35,345 bases of DNA from a virus (lineage: Duplodnaviria > Caudoviricetes), in the IMG/VR virus record IMGVR_UViG_3300047390_000001, positions 1 through 35,345 of that record; one strand, written 5' to 3'. The position numbers and the translations under genes are program-made. The first letter of the stretch is position 1. Each line of letters starts with the position of its first letter. The notes under the pieces were generated by a model. That model was given only the letters and a program-made list of their open reading frames with translations. It did no database searches and had not been told where the DNA came from. Below are positions 18,052 through 26,419 of the stretch, in pieces.

Positions 18052-19430
18052 GTTTAATTCTTGACGGAACAAACGGCCTATCAGATATTGATGGTTCTGC
18101 CGCAACCCCTGCTATTAGAGGCACTGATGCAAATACAGGCATCTTCTTCCCTGCGGCTGACACTATTGCTTTCAGTGAGGGCGGTACTGAAGTAGCGCGG
18201 TTTAATGCTGATTCTCAATTTGTTGCCGCTGCTGGTACAGCTGCATTGCCAGTTTTTACAACTACCGGCGATGTCAACACAGGCATCTTTTTTCCTGCGG
18301 CTGACACGATTGCTTTCAGTGAGGGTGGTGTGGAGTCTGTTCGCATTGACTCGTCTAGCAATTTAAGCATGACGGGTGGCGGGACTATCAATACTCCTAA
18401 TACCTTTGGCTTCAAGAACCGCATCATCAACGGCGCGATGGTGATTGACCAGAGGAACGCTGGGTCGGCAGTGACAATGACTAACCCCGGTACGTTTGAT
18501 ACTGACCGCTGGTATTGCACAAATGCATCTGACGGAGTAATGACAGCACAACAGGTATCTGATGCTCCTGCTGGGTTTATAAACTCACTGAAATGTACAA
18601 CTACAACGGCAGATGCTACTCTTGGAACATCACAACGTGCACTTGTTGCTCAATATATTGAAGGGCTTAACACTGCTGATTTAGCATGGGGTACTGCAAG
18701 CGCGGCAACTATAACAATTTCATTTTGGGTAAAATCTAGTCTGACAGGAACATTTGGTGGCTCTCTTCGTAATAATGCTGCAGACCGAAGTTACCCATTT
18801 ACTTACGCAATTAACGCAGCAAGCACTTGGGAACAAAAGTCCGTAATCATTACTGGCGATACAACAGGAACATGGCTAACAACAAATGGCACGGGTATTG
18901 GTGTCCACTTTGGACTAGGTGTTGCAACCAACTTGTCTGGAACTGCTGGCGCTTGGGCTGCGGCAAACAACTTATCCGCAACTGGTGCTGTATCTGTCTT
19001 AGGTACTCTTAGCGCAACTTGGCAAGTTACAGGCGTACAGCTTGAAAAGGGCACTCAAGCTACATCATTTGACTATCGTCCTTATGGTACTGAGTTGGCT
19101 TTGTGTTACCGATACTTTCAAAAGTTTTTAGGAACTTCTGCTTACGAGGCTTTGCCTAGTTATGTAATTGCATCTAGCACCACTGCACTTGAAGGGTTCT
19201 TGTCATACAAACAAACAATGCGTGTCGCTCCTTCACTTGCTGTATCCACTATTTGTGTGTTAGATGGTGTTAGTGTTTTTTCGTTGTCTGGAGCAAGCGT
19301 GGTTAATGGTGGAGTTGACTCAATGCGTATTGCATACAGCGGAGCAACAGGGCTTACTCAATTTAGGTCTTATTACGTCACCGCAAATAACTCAACTTCT
19401 GCATTTTTAACGCTTTCTTCGGAGTTATAA
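18048..19430 (+). CDS. Tail fibre / receptor-binding protein with a putative carbohydrate-binding domain
   Basis: Two NTGIFFPAADTIAFSEGG repeats, then KNRIING...DQR, DRW, ISFWVKS, GVQLEKG..ATSF..R..GTELALC.RYF. Confidence 0.8.
   Translation: MSLILDGTNGLSDIDGSAATPAIRGTDANTGIFFPAADTIAFSEGGTEVARFNADSQFVAAAGTAALPVFTTTGDVNTGIFFPAADTIAFSEGGVESVRIDSSSNLSMTGGGTINTPNTFGFKNRIINGAMVIDQRNAGSAVTMTNPGTFDTDRWYCTNASDGVMTAQQVSDAPAGFINSLKCTTTTADATLGTSQRALVAQYIEGLNTADLAWGTASAATITISFWVKSSLTGTFGGSLRNNAADRSYPFTYAINAASTWEQKSVIITGDTTGTWLTTNGTGIGVHFGLGVATNLSGTAGAWAAANNLSATGAVSVLGTLSATWQVTGVQLEKGTQATSFDYRPYGTELALCYRYFQKFLGTSAYEALPSYVIASSTTALEGFLSYKQTMRVAPSLAVSTICVLDGVSVFSLSGASVVNGGVDSMRIAYSGATGLTQFRSYYVTANNSTSAFLTLSSEL
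18132..18329 (+). repeat. Internal direct repeat, two copies of about 54 nt, 144 nt apart
   Basis: aatacaggcatcttcttccctgcggctgacactattgctttcagtgagggcggt (18132) versus aacacaggcatcttttttcctgcggctgacacgattgctttcagtgagggtggt (18276); the differences are synonymous. Confidence 0.85.
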
Positions 19431-19598
19431 ATGATTACTTATAAATTGATAAATAACTTTGGCGGTATACCAAGTGCGGTGAACCGCAACGATGGACTAA
19501 GCATACCCTTCGACCCCGCCAACACCGACTACATTGCTTATTTAGCTTGGCTTGCTGAAGGCAACACGCCTGAACCCGCAGATGAGGTAACACCATGA
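19431..19598 (+). CDS. Small tail-fibre accessory/chaperone protein, 55 aa (not in the ORF track)
   Basis: MITYKLINNFGGIPSAVNRNDGLSIPFDPANTDYIAYLAWLAEGNTPEPADEVTP; abuts the previous stop codon; GGAG RBS. Confidence 0.8.
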   Translation: MITYKLINNFGGIPSAVNRNDGLSIPFDPANTDYIAYLAWLAEGNTPEPADEVTP

Positions 19599-19621
19599 GT
19601 TTAATTCTTGATGGCAATTAA
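19595..19621 (+). pseudogene. Eight-codon vestige of a fibre gene start (MSLILDGN*)
   Basis: CATGAGTTTAATTCTTGA is identical to the start of CDS 18048 (MSLILDGT); ATGA overlap and GAGG RBS are retained. Confidence 0.55.
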
Positions 19622-19650
19622 AGTAAACTAGAAGTTGCAAGTTGATTTGA

Positions 19651-20577
19651 ATGTTCGGTACGGTCACCTTTGCCCAAGCCCCCTTTGCTACTGCTGAAGG
19701 CGGGGCGATCTACGCCAGCGAAGTCCTTGAATCTGCGCAAGGGTCGGACGTAATTAATGCATTTGCCAGCTTCACCGCGCAGGTAGCCGATAGTGGCGTG
19801 GTTGCAGATGCCCCAACCTCAGCGCCTGTATTTACATCCAGTGTTTTTGAAACAGCCACAGCTCTTGATGCGCTAAACACAACGCTGGTCTTTACTGCCG
19901 ACTTGAGCGACACGGCAACGGCGGCGGATGTAGCGCTAGCGCAGGCAACATTCCCTGCATCTTTTTCAGACACTGCCCTTGCTGACGCTATATTCTCATC
20001 CCTGCCCAACTACGCGGTGTCTGTGTCTGAGACTGCTACAGGGGATGCGACCGGATCAGCCGTTGCCAACTTTGCGCCTCTTGTCTCCGAAGGTGGCCAA
20101 GCGTCTGATAACGTAGTGGCTGCGTTTGCATTTAATAGTTTTATCGATGAGAGTGCCGCTGGCACACCGCTTGAGGTAGCAGCACTTAGTTTGCCCGCTT
20201 CCATTTCAGAGTCTGCATCAGCATCTGCGGCGGAGGTAGCCGTGGTTAATTTCTTTGCGGCAATTGCCGAGGCAGCGGCCTTACAGGACACTCCGTTTAC
20301 AACCGCCCAATTTTTTGCAGCTGTGCAGGAAAGCGCACTTGCTCAAGATGTCGTAACCCGTCGTTTGCTTTGGGAACAGATTGATGACGCCTCAAGCGTG
20401 GTATGGACAGACATCCTTAAAGGAATCACAATTGACGACTATGCGGTGTTCGCTGGTTTTAGCTTTGGTTCACTACCATTTGCTGGACAACTAGAGGAAA
20501 CATACAATCCAGATGCAGCTTTGTGGAATCAAATTGATGATACACAAACCCCAAATTGGCAAGAAATTGTTGCATAA
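19651..20577 (+). CDS. Ala-rich repetitive structural/fibre protein
   Basis: MFG..FAQAPFA start, recurring [SA][ED][ST]A.A.D units, and W..IDD...W motifs at the C-terminus. Confidence 0.7.
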   Translation: MFGTVTFAQAPFATAEGGAIYASEVLESAQGSDVINAFASFTAQVADSGVVADAPTSAPVFTSSVFETATALDALNTTLVFTADLSDTATAADVALAQATFPASFSDTALADAIFSSLPNYAVSVSETATGDATGSAVANFAPLVSEGGQASDNVVAAFAFNSFIDESAAGTPLEVAALSLPASISESASASAAEVAVVNFFAAIAEAAALQDTPFTTAQFFAAVQESALAQDVVTRRLLWEQIDDASSVVWTDILKGITIDDYAVFAGFSFGSLPFAGQLEETYNPDAALWNQIDDTQTPNWQEIVA

Positions 20578-20610
20578 ACCTGCGAAAATACCCTAAACGT
20601 AAGGACACAC

Positions 20611-21666
20611 ATGGCAAGCACCTACTCCCCCTCGCTACGGATTGAACTGATTGGCGCTGGCGAACAAGCCGGTACGTGGAACACCACAACCAACAGCAAC
20701 CTTGGCACGATCATTGAGTCGGCTATTGCTGGGTACGTGGTGGTGTCCGTCACCTCAGCCAACCAAGCTTTCACTGCATTGGACGGTGCGCCTGACCAAG
20801 CGCGAAATGCCGTCATTGCGCTGACTACCACGACCACCGCAGCTTTTGCCGTCTACGCTCCTCCGCAGGAGAAGACCTACGTTATCTACAACACCACTGC
20901 CTATACAGCAACGATCTACAACTCCACTGTGCTGGGTAACACCACCGCTGCGGGTGCAGGCATCGCTGTCCCAGCAGGTAAGAAGCTGGTTGTTTTTAGT
21001 GACGCAACGAATTTCTACACCATCGAAGCGGCTAACCTGACCGGAGTTCTCGCAGTTGTCAATGGTGGCACAGGCGTAACTACTTCTACCGGCACGGGCA
21101 ATACGGTTTTAAGTGCCAGCCCCACGTTTACTGGGACGCCAACACTGCCAACGGGCACGATTGCGACAACTCAGACTTTTGGCAATAGTTCAACTTTGCT
21201 TGCAACCACGGCGTTTGTGCAGGCAGCGCTTCAAGCACTGCATCCTGTTGGCTCTATTTATACCGCTACCGTATCAACAAATCCGAATACACTTTTTGGA
21301 TTTGGTACGTGGACAGCCTTTGGCGCGGGTCGTGTATTGATTGGTAATGGTGGAGGTTTTTCTGCTGGTGCTATTGGTGGTTCTGCTGACGCTATTGTTG
21401 TTAGCCACTCACATACTGCCACATCATCTGTTACCGACCCCGGCCACAATCACGATGAACTTCATTACCAAACAAACGGATCTGGTGATGGCCCCGGCCC
21501 CGGAGCAAGCTGCTGCGGGGGCTCTATTATTGATTCAGGCATAGATACTGGTTCAAGAACTACTGATATTACTGTTAGCACCTCAATCTCTACAGCTGGA
21601 TCATCTGGCACTAATGCCAACCTTCAACCGTATGTCGTTGTTTATATGTGGACACGTACAGCATGA
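20611..21666 (+). CDS. Tail fibre with a T4 gp10/gp12-like collar and His-rich tip
   Basis: MASTYS..LRIELI..GEQAGTW; ATTAFV; HPVGSIY...NP..LFGFGTW..FGAGRVLIG; SHSH, GHNH; NLQPY.VVYMWTRTA. Confidence 0.8.
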   Translation: MASTYSPSLRIELIGAGEQAGTWNTTTNSNLGTIIESAIAGYVVVSVTSANQAFTALDGAPDQARNAVIALTTTTTAAFAVYAPPQEKTYVIYNTTAYTATIYNSTVLGNTTAAGAGIAVPAGKKLVVFSDATNFYTIEAANLTGVLAVVNGGTGVTTSTGTGNTVLSASPTFTGTPTLPTGTIATTQTFGNSSTLLATTAFVQAALQALHPVGSIYTATVSTNPNTLFGFGTWTAFGAGRVLIGNGGGFSAGAIGGSADAIVVSHSHTATSSVTDPGHNHDELHYQTNGSGDGPGPGASCCGGSIIDSGIDTGSRTTDITVSTSISTAGSSGTNANLQPYVVVYMWTRTA

Positions 21667-21884
21667 ACTATTCTAGAGAGCCTTACAAACCTGAAGACGA
21701 TCTTCCAGAGGTTCGCAATGCAGAGCCTACCGAGGATATTGTGGCTATGAGAAGGGCTACTTGCGATGCTTGTGAACATAAAGTCGCTGGTGGTGTCTTG
21801 TGTGGCAAATGTGGTTGTGTTATTTTTCTTAAAACCAAGTGGAAAAGCCAAGAGTGTCCAGTTGGTAAATGGGAAAAAGGTTAG
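21663..21884 (+). CDS. Small Cys-rich metal-binding protein
   Basis: ATGA overlap; R..TCDAC...CGKCGC...K......CPVGKW. Confidence 0.72.
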   Translation: MNYSREPYKPEDDLPEVRNAEPTEDIVAMRRATCDACEHKVAGGVLCGKCGCVIFLKTKWKSQECPVGKWEKG

Positions 21885-21895
21885 CGTTTAGATAA

Positions 21896-22051
21896 ATGAA
21901 ATGGCTGTTGATGCTCTTTTTGGTGTTTTTACCGGGAGCAGCCAGCCAAGACAGGAAGACTGAATACCGCTGTGTGCGGTGGGCGTGGACGGGTGATGTT
22001 TATAACCGCAAAGTTGTTTGCCTACAGTGGGAAAAGGTTGTACGGAAATGA
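21896..22051 (+). CDS. Small secreted protein with signal peptide and two Cys, 51 aa (not in the ORF track)
   Basis: MKWLLMLFLVFLPGAAS|QDRKTEYRCVRWAWTGDVYNRKVVCLQWEKVVRK; ATGA overlap with the next gene. Confidence 0.7.
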   Translation: MKWLLMLFLVFLPGAASQDRKTEYRCVRWAWTGDVYNRKVVCLQWEKVVRK

Positions 22052-22542
22052 TTGATCCGATCACGGCGCTAGAAGGATTGCAAACTGCAATCAGTGTCGT
22101 TAAAAAAGCTAGTAAAGTCGCTAGTGATCTGGCAGGTCTAACGCCGTCAATTGCCAAGCTTTTTGATGCAAAGAGCACCGCTACCAAGGCCATGCTTCAC
22201 GCCAAACGTACAGGTGGTAAGTCTAACCTTGGTGCGGCCCTGCAAATTGAGATGGCTTTGGATGAAGCTAAACGATTTGAAGAGCAGTTAAAGATGCTTT
22301 TTATGCAAGCTGGGCGCATAGACGTATGGAATGCAACCAAGGCCCGTCAAGCTGAAATGGACAGGGATGATGCCAAAGAAATGGCGGCCTTACACGCTGA
22401 AGAGAAAAAGCGCAAAGAAGCCGAAGCCGAACAGATGCAGTGGGCAGTTGCTATTGTTATTATTGTGATGTTTATTGGTGCTATTGGTTGGGGTATTAAT
22501 GAAGTCTCTGATCTGTGTGCTAGATCAAGGTGTGGGCGGTGA
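22048..22542 (+). CDS. Helical/coiled-coil protein with a C-terminal transmembrane helix
   Basis: ATG 22048 (MIDPITAL...) is preferred because of the ATGA coupling. TM WAVAIVIIVMFIGAIGWGI, followed by a short tail with two Cys. Confidence 0.75.
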   Translation: MIDPITALEGLQTAISVVKKASKVASDLAGLTPSIAKLFDAKSTATKAMLHAKRTGGKSNLGAALQIEMALDEAKRFEEQLKMLFMQAGRIDVWNATKARQAEMDRDDAKEMAALHAEEKKRKEAEAEQMQWAVAIVIIVMFIGAIGWGINEVSDLCARSRCGR

Positions 22543-22691
22543 ATGAGTACCAAAAGCAATTTGACCTTTTCCTTAAAGTCTTTGTGCGGTTGTGCATTGC
22601 TTGGTGGGTACTTGGGTTTCTCCAGTTCCTGCCTGATAACTTGTCGGACAAGATTGTAAACAAACTACTTAGAATGATTGGACTAGGATGA
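22539..22691 (+). CDS. Small membrane protein, 50 aa (not in the ORF track)
   Basis: GTGA and ATGA overlaps at its two ends; MNEYQKQFDLFLKVFVRLCIAWWVLGFLQFLPDNLSDKIVNKLLRMIGLG. Confidence 0.7.
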   Translation: MNEYQKQFDLFLKVFVRLCIAWWVLGFLQFLPDNLSDKIVNKLLRMIGLG

Positions 22692-23299
22692 GTGACGAAA
22701 AGCCAGCAGACATACTAAGCAAGGTGCTGTCCTATGTGGATAGCCCGTTCAAGCTGTTCGCGCTGATACTCATGGCGGTGTTTGCGTTCTCTGGGTACTT
22801 TGTTTGGCAGAACCAAGAACTGCTGATGGGTGCGTACAAAGAGTCTAAGAAGATGCCAAGCATTGTCGAGGACAGGGTAGAAGATGCTGCTGCTCACTTA
22901 TTTAAAACCACCAACGCTACCATTGTTGCTGTGTTTAAAGTAAACCCCATGTTTGGAACCAGAGTGTTGTACCGCGCTTACACCAAAGAAGGTCGAGACA
23001 AAACCAACGATGGGCTTGATGTAGGTTTGTTTACCCAAAACGCAGCCAACAATGCAGATGTGGTTAAGCTGATGGCTAGTGAGATACCTTGCGGGGAATA
23101 CAAGTCAGCGCAATCTGAAATGGGTTTGTGGTACATAGCCAAGGGGGTTGCCTACACTTGCAGAATTAGCATTCCACCAGACCCAAACCGATTTGTTGGC
23201 CAAATTACTGTGGGGTGGGATAATGAACCCACCGACATTCAGGTAACAAAAACCATGATGGAAATAGCGGCAACCATGCTTTCAAGGAGCAAACAATGA
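22688..23299 (+). CDS. T4 gpT-like holin (one TM plus periplasmic GAF-like domain), putative
   Basis: N-terminal amphipathic helix, single TM (FKLFALILMAVFAFSGYFVW), about 160-aa C-terminal domain with two Cys. Collinear motif similarity to T4 gpT as recalled; located in the lysis cassette. Confidence 0.6.
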   Translation: MSDEKPADILSKVLSYVDSPFKLFALILMAVFAFSGYFVWQNQELLMGAYKESKKMPSIVEDRVEDAAAHLFKTTNATIVAVFKVNPMFGTRVLYRAYTKEGRDKTNDGLDVGLFTQNAANNADVVKLMASEIPCGEYKSAQSEMGLWYIAKGVAYTCRISIPPDPNRFVGQITVGWDNEPTDIQVTKTMMEIAATMLSRSKQ

Positions 23300-23706
23300 T
23301 TGGACTAGATGCACTTTTAAATGTCGGTGGCAAGCTTATAGACAAGCTAATCCCTGACCCAGAAGCCAAAGCCAAAGCGCAACTAGAGTTGACTAAGCTG
23401 GCGCAGGATGGTGAGCTGGCAAAGATGGCAAATGATACGAAGCTGTTTGAGGTAGAACAAGAAAACATCTCAGACCGCTGGAAAGCTGACATGGGGTCAG
23501 ACTCTTGGCTGTCTAAAAATATTCGCCCTATGGCCCTTATAGCAATCTTTGTGGCCTATTTTGTCTTCACCATGATGTCGGCATTCGGATATAACGCACA
23601 AGAATCCTACGTTCAGCTTCTAGGTCAGTGGGGGCAGATTATTTTCTTGGCTTATTTTGGTGGTCGCACTGTTGAGAAACTTGCAGATATGCGGAGTAAA
23701 AAATGA
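23296..23706 (+). CDS. Holin, GTA-type 3TM family
   Basis: GKLIDKLIPDP, RWKADM.SDSWLSKNIRP, AYFGGRT.EK; coupled to the endolysin gene. Confidence 0.82.
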   Translation: MIGLDALLNVGGKLIDKLIPDPEAKAKAQLELTKLAQDGELAKMANDTKLFEVEQENISDRWKADMGSDSWLSKNIRPMALIAIFVAYFVFTMMSAFGYNAQESYVQLLGQWGQIIFLAYFGGRTVEKLADMRSKK

Positions 23707-24140
23707 ACTTGACTGAACACTTTACGCTTGATGAGCTTACATCCTCAGAAGCCGCAGAACGTAACGGATGGGACAACACCCCAAATGAAACCGAACTTGC
23801 AAACCTCAAACGTCTTGCCGCCTTCCTTGAGGAGGTCAAAACTGCCTTGGGCGGAAGACCAGTCATGGTTAACTCAGCTTTTCGCAGTAAGCAAGTCAAC
23901 GATGCTGTGGGTTCTAAAGATACTAGTCAGCATCGCATTGGTTGTGCTGTGGACATCCGAGTACCTCAACTGACGCCAGACGAAGTAGTCAAAACCATCA
24001 TTGCTTCGGGTTTGCCTTACGACCAAGTAATCCGTGAGTTTGACCGTTGGACACATGTAAGCATTCCAAATGAACCGTCTCGCGCCCCCAGAAAGCAAGC
24101 GTTGATTATCGACAAAACCGGTACACGGCTGTATGCTTGA
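23703..24140 (+). CDS. Endolysin, peptidase M15 (Zn D-Ala-D-Ala peptidase fold)
   Basis: HFTLDEL, NSAFRS..VN.AVG, SQH..GCAVD, WTHVS zinc-ligand motifs. Confidence 0.9.
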   Translation: MNLTEHFTLDELTSSEAAERNGWDNTPNETELANLKRLAAFLEEVKTALGGRPVMVNSAFRSKQVNDAVGSKDTSQHRIGCAVDIRVPQLTPDEVVKTIIASGLPYDQVIREFDRWTHVSIPNEPSRAPRKQALIIDKTGTRLYA

Positions 24141-24170
24141 TATACGCCCAAATTGATGGGAAAATAAGCC

Positions 24171-26102
24171 ATGCCATTACAAAAACTTCAACTTCGTCCC
24201 GGTGTAAATCGAGAGTCAACTACGCTCGCTAATGAAGGTACGTACTTTGAGATGGATAAAGTTCGTTTTCGTTCGGGTTACCCTGAGAAACTTGGCGGTT
24301 GGGTTGCCGACACTGGCACAACCACTTCTACGCTAACACCACCTGCGGGCTCGTTCTGGGGCGTCTGCCGATCACTGTGGAACTGGGTTACGTTGTCTAG
24401 CTACAACTTGCTGGGTCTTGGCACAAACCTCAAGTTTTATATCCAAAACGGTAGCGGCGGTGCTCTCTACGACATTACTCCTATACGTAGCACCACATCT
24501 GCTGGGGATGTAACTTTTGCGGCTACCAATGGCTCAACCACCCTAACAGTTACTGACTCCGCGCACGGAGCGCAGGCTGGGGACTTTGTAACGTACAGTG
24601 GCGCAGTCAGTCTTGGCGGGGTTATTACCGCTACTATCCTTAATGCAGAGTTTCAAGTAGTGGCCGTCACCAGCAATAACGTGTACACCATTACCTCAAG
24701 CGTAGCGGCAAATGCTTCTGATGTGGGCAATGGCGGCGCATCCACCGTCGGCACATATCAGATTACAACCGGCTCGGATGTTTTTACAACCAGTGTGGGC
24801 TGGGGAGCTAGTGGTTGGGGTGGTATTACGACAGGCTACACATCTACAGGTTGGGGTTCTCCCGCGCCCGCTGGTGTGGGTTTTGGTACACAGCTTCGCC
24901 TTTGGAGTCAATCTAATTTTGGTGAAGATTTAATTTTTAACCCTCGTGGCGGCGGGCTGTACTACTGGGAAGTAAACGCTAATCCAAACATTTTTGACCG
25001 AGGCACGCTGCTTACTGCCGGGGATACCCCAGACATTTGCAATTTTGTTATGGTGTCGGACGCTTCACGGTTTGTAATCTGCTTTGGCGTAAACGACTAC
25101 GGCTCTGCCGTACAGAACCCTATGCTGATACGCTGGTCAGACCAAGAAGACTACACACAGTGGACACCGGCTGTTACTAACCAAGCAGGCAGCTACACGC
25201 TTAGCCACGGCTCCGCCGTCATTACTGCTTTGCAGGCTCGGCAAGAGATTTTGGTCTGGACAGACTCTGCAATTTATTCTATGCAGTACCTTGGCCCCCC
25301 GTATGTATGGGGTTTTCAGCTGCTCGCGGATAATCTGTCAATTGTTGGCCCTAACGCACCGGCTGCGGCTAACAACGTCGTTTACTGGATGGGCGTAGAC
25401 AAGTTTTATATGTACTCTGGACGGGTAGAAACCCTATACTGCCCTCTTCGTCAGTATATTTACGGCAACATTAATTTGTCTCAGTCGTTTCAGTTTTTTG
25501 CTGGTACTAACGAGGGATACAACGAAATCTGGTGGTACTACTGCTCAGCTGGCTCAACGACAATTGACAGCTATGTGGTATACAACTACCTAGAGAAAAT
25601 CTGGTTTTACGGGACTTTAGCTCGCTCTGCGTGGTTGGATAGTCCTTTGCGTGTTCAGCCTATGGCAACCACTTACGGTAATCAACTTGTATACCACGAG
25701 AGCGGTGTGGACGACGGCACAACTAACCCACCTTCGCCTATTAGTTCATACATCCAGTCTGCTGACTTTAATATTGGCGACGGGCACAACTACGGGTTTG
25801 TCTGGAGGATGGTTCCAGATATTACGTTTGACGGTTCATACGTCAATAACCCGTCGGTGACCTTTACTATGAGGCCACGGCAGAACCCCGGCTCAAACTA
25901 CAGCACTGCAGCAAACCCTGCAGTAACAAGTACGCAGAACTATCAGGGGCAGCGAAACTACGCAGTGCAGCAGTTCACGGAGATTATCTACACGCGAGTC
26001 CGTGGTAGGCAGATGGCGTTTAAAGTTAGTTCTGACGGGCTTGGCGTGCAGTGGCAGCTTGGCGTGCCGTCCATTGACGTGCGACCAGACGGAAGAAGGT
26101 AA
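24171..26102 (+). CDS. Tail nozzle / tubular protein B (P22 gp10-like beta-propeller)
   Basis: 643 aa; VRFRSGYPEKLGGW, IRWSDQED..W, ILVWTD, VYWMG..KFY.YSG, EIWWYY, RVRGRQ. Confidence 0.78.
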   Translation: MPLQKLQLRPGVNRESTTLANEGTYFEMDKVRFRSGYPEKLGGWVADTGTTTSTLTPPAGSFWGVCRSLWNWVTLSSYNLLGLGTNLKFYIQNGSGGALYDITPIRSTTSAGDVTFAATNGSTTLTVTDSAHGAQAGDFVTYSGAVSLGGVITATILNAEFQVVAVTSNNVYTITSSVAANASDVGNGGASTVGTYQITTGSDVFTTSVGWGASGWGGITTGYTSTGWGSPAPAGVGFGTQLRLWSQSNFGEDLIFNPRGGGLYYWEVNANPNIFDRGTLLTAGDTPDICNFVMVSDASRFVICFGVNDYGSAVQNPMLIRWSDQEDYTQWTPAVTNQAGSYTLSHGSAVITALQARQEILVWTDSAIYSMQYLGPPYVWGFQLLADNLSIVGPNAPAAANNVVYWMGVDKFYMYSGRVETLYCPLRQYIYGNINLSQSFQFFAGTNEGYNEIWWYYCSAGSTTIDSYVVYNYLEKIWFYGTLARSAWLDSPLRVQPMATTYGNQLVYHESGVDDGTTNPPSPISSYIQSADFNIGDGHNYGFVWRMVPDITFDGSYVNNPSVTFTMRPRQNPGSNYSTAANPAVTSTQNYQGQRNYAVQQFTEIIYTRVRGRQMAFKVSSDGLGVQWQLGVPSIDVRPDGRR

Positions 26103-26104
26103 GC

Positions 26105-26419
26105 ATGAGCAACCCGCTAATTCGTGCTCCGCGTCTAGCTGATCCTACGCCGGAATATAACCAGCAGTACATGGAGGCGTTACTTAGCTCTATACGCCTG
26201 TATTTTAATCAGCTGGACAATCCCGGTTCTGTGTTGGCCTCCACACAGAATATAAACAATGTAATTACTACCGCGCTTAGCTTTAGCCAGCCAGACCCTG
26301 TAACTCCCGGTTCTTTGCGTATCAGTTTGCCAACACAAGTAGACCAAGCAGCGGGCAGGCTCAAGACCGGAGACGTTTACTACGACACTACAACATTTGT
26401 GTTAAAGGTAGCCCCATGA
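26105..26419 (+). CDS. Small tail-associated hypothetical protein
   Basis: APRL...PEY...IRLYFNQLD...LPT....LKTGDVY; follows the nozzle gene. Confidence 0.7.
   Translation: MSNPLIRAPRLADPTPEYNQQYMEALLSSIRLYFNQLDNPGSVLASTQNINNVITTALSFSQPDPVTPGSLRISLPTQVDQAAGRLKTGDVYYDTTTFVLKVAP

Noticed and set aside
18132-18329. Diversity-generating retroelement TR/VR pair
   Set aside because: The differences are synonymous rather than adenine-specific, both copies are within one CDS, and no reverse transcriptase is in the window.
21888-22193. Minus-strand 101-aa ORF, and the track's TTG start at 22018
   Set aside because: The coupled + strand genes 21896-22051 and 22048-22542 explain the region better.
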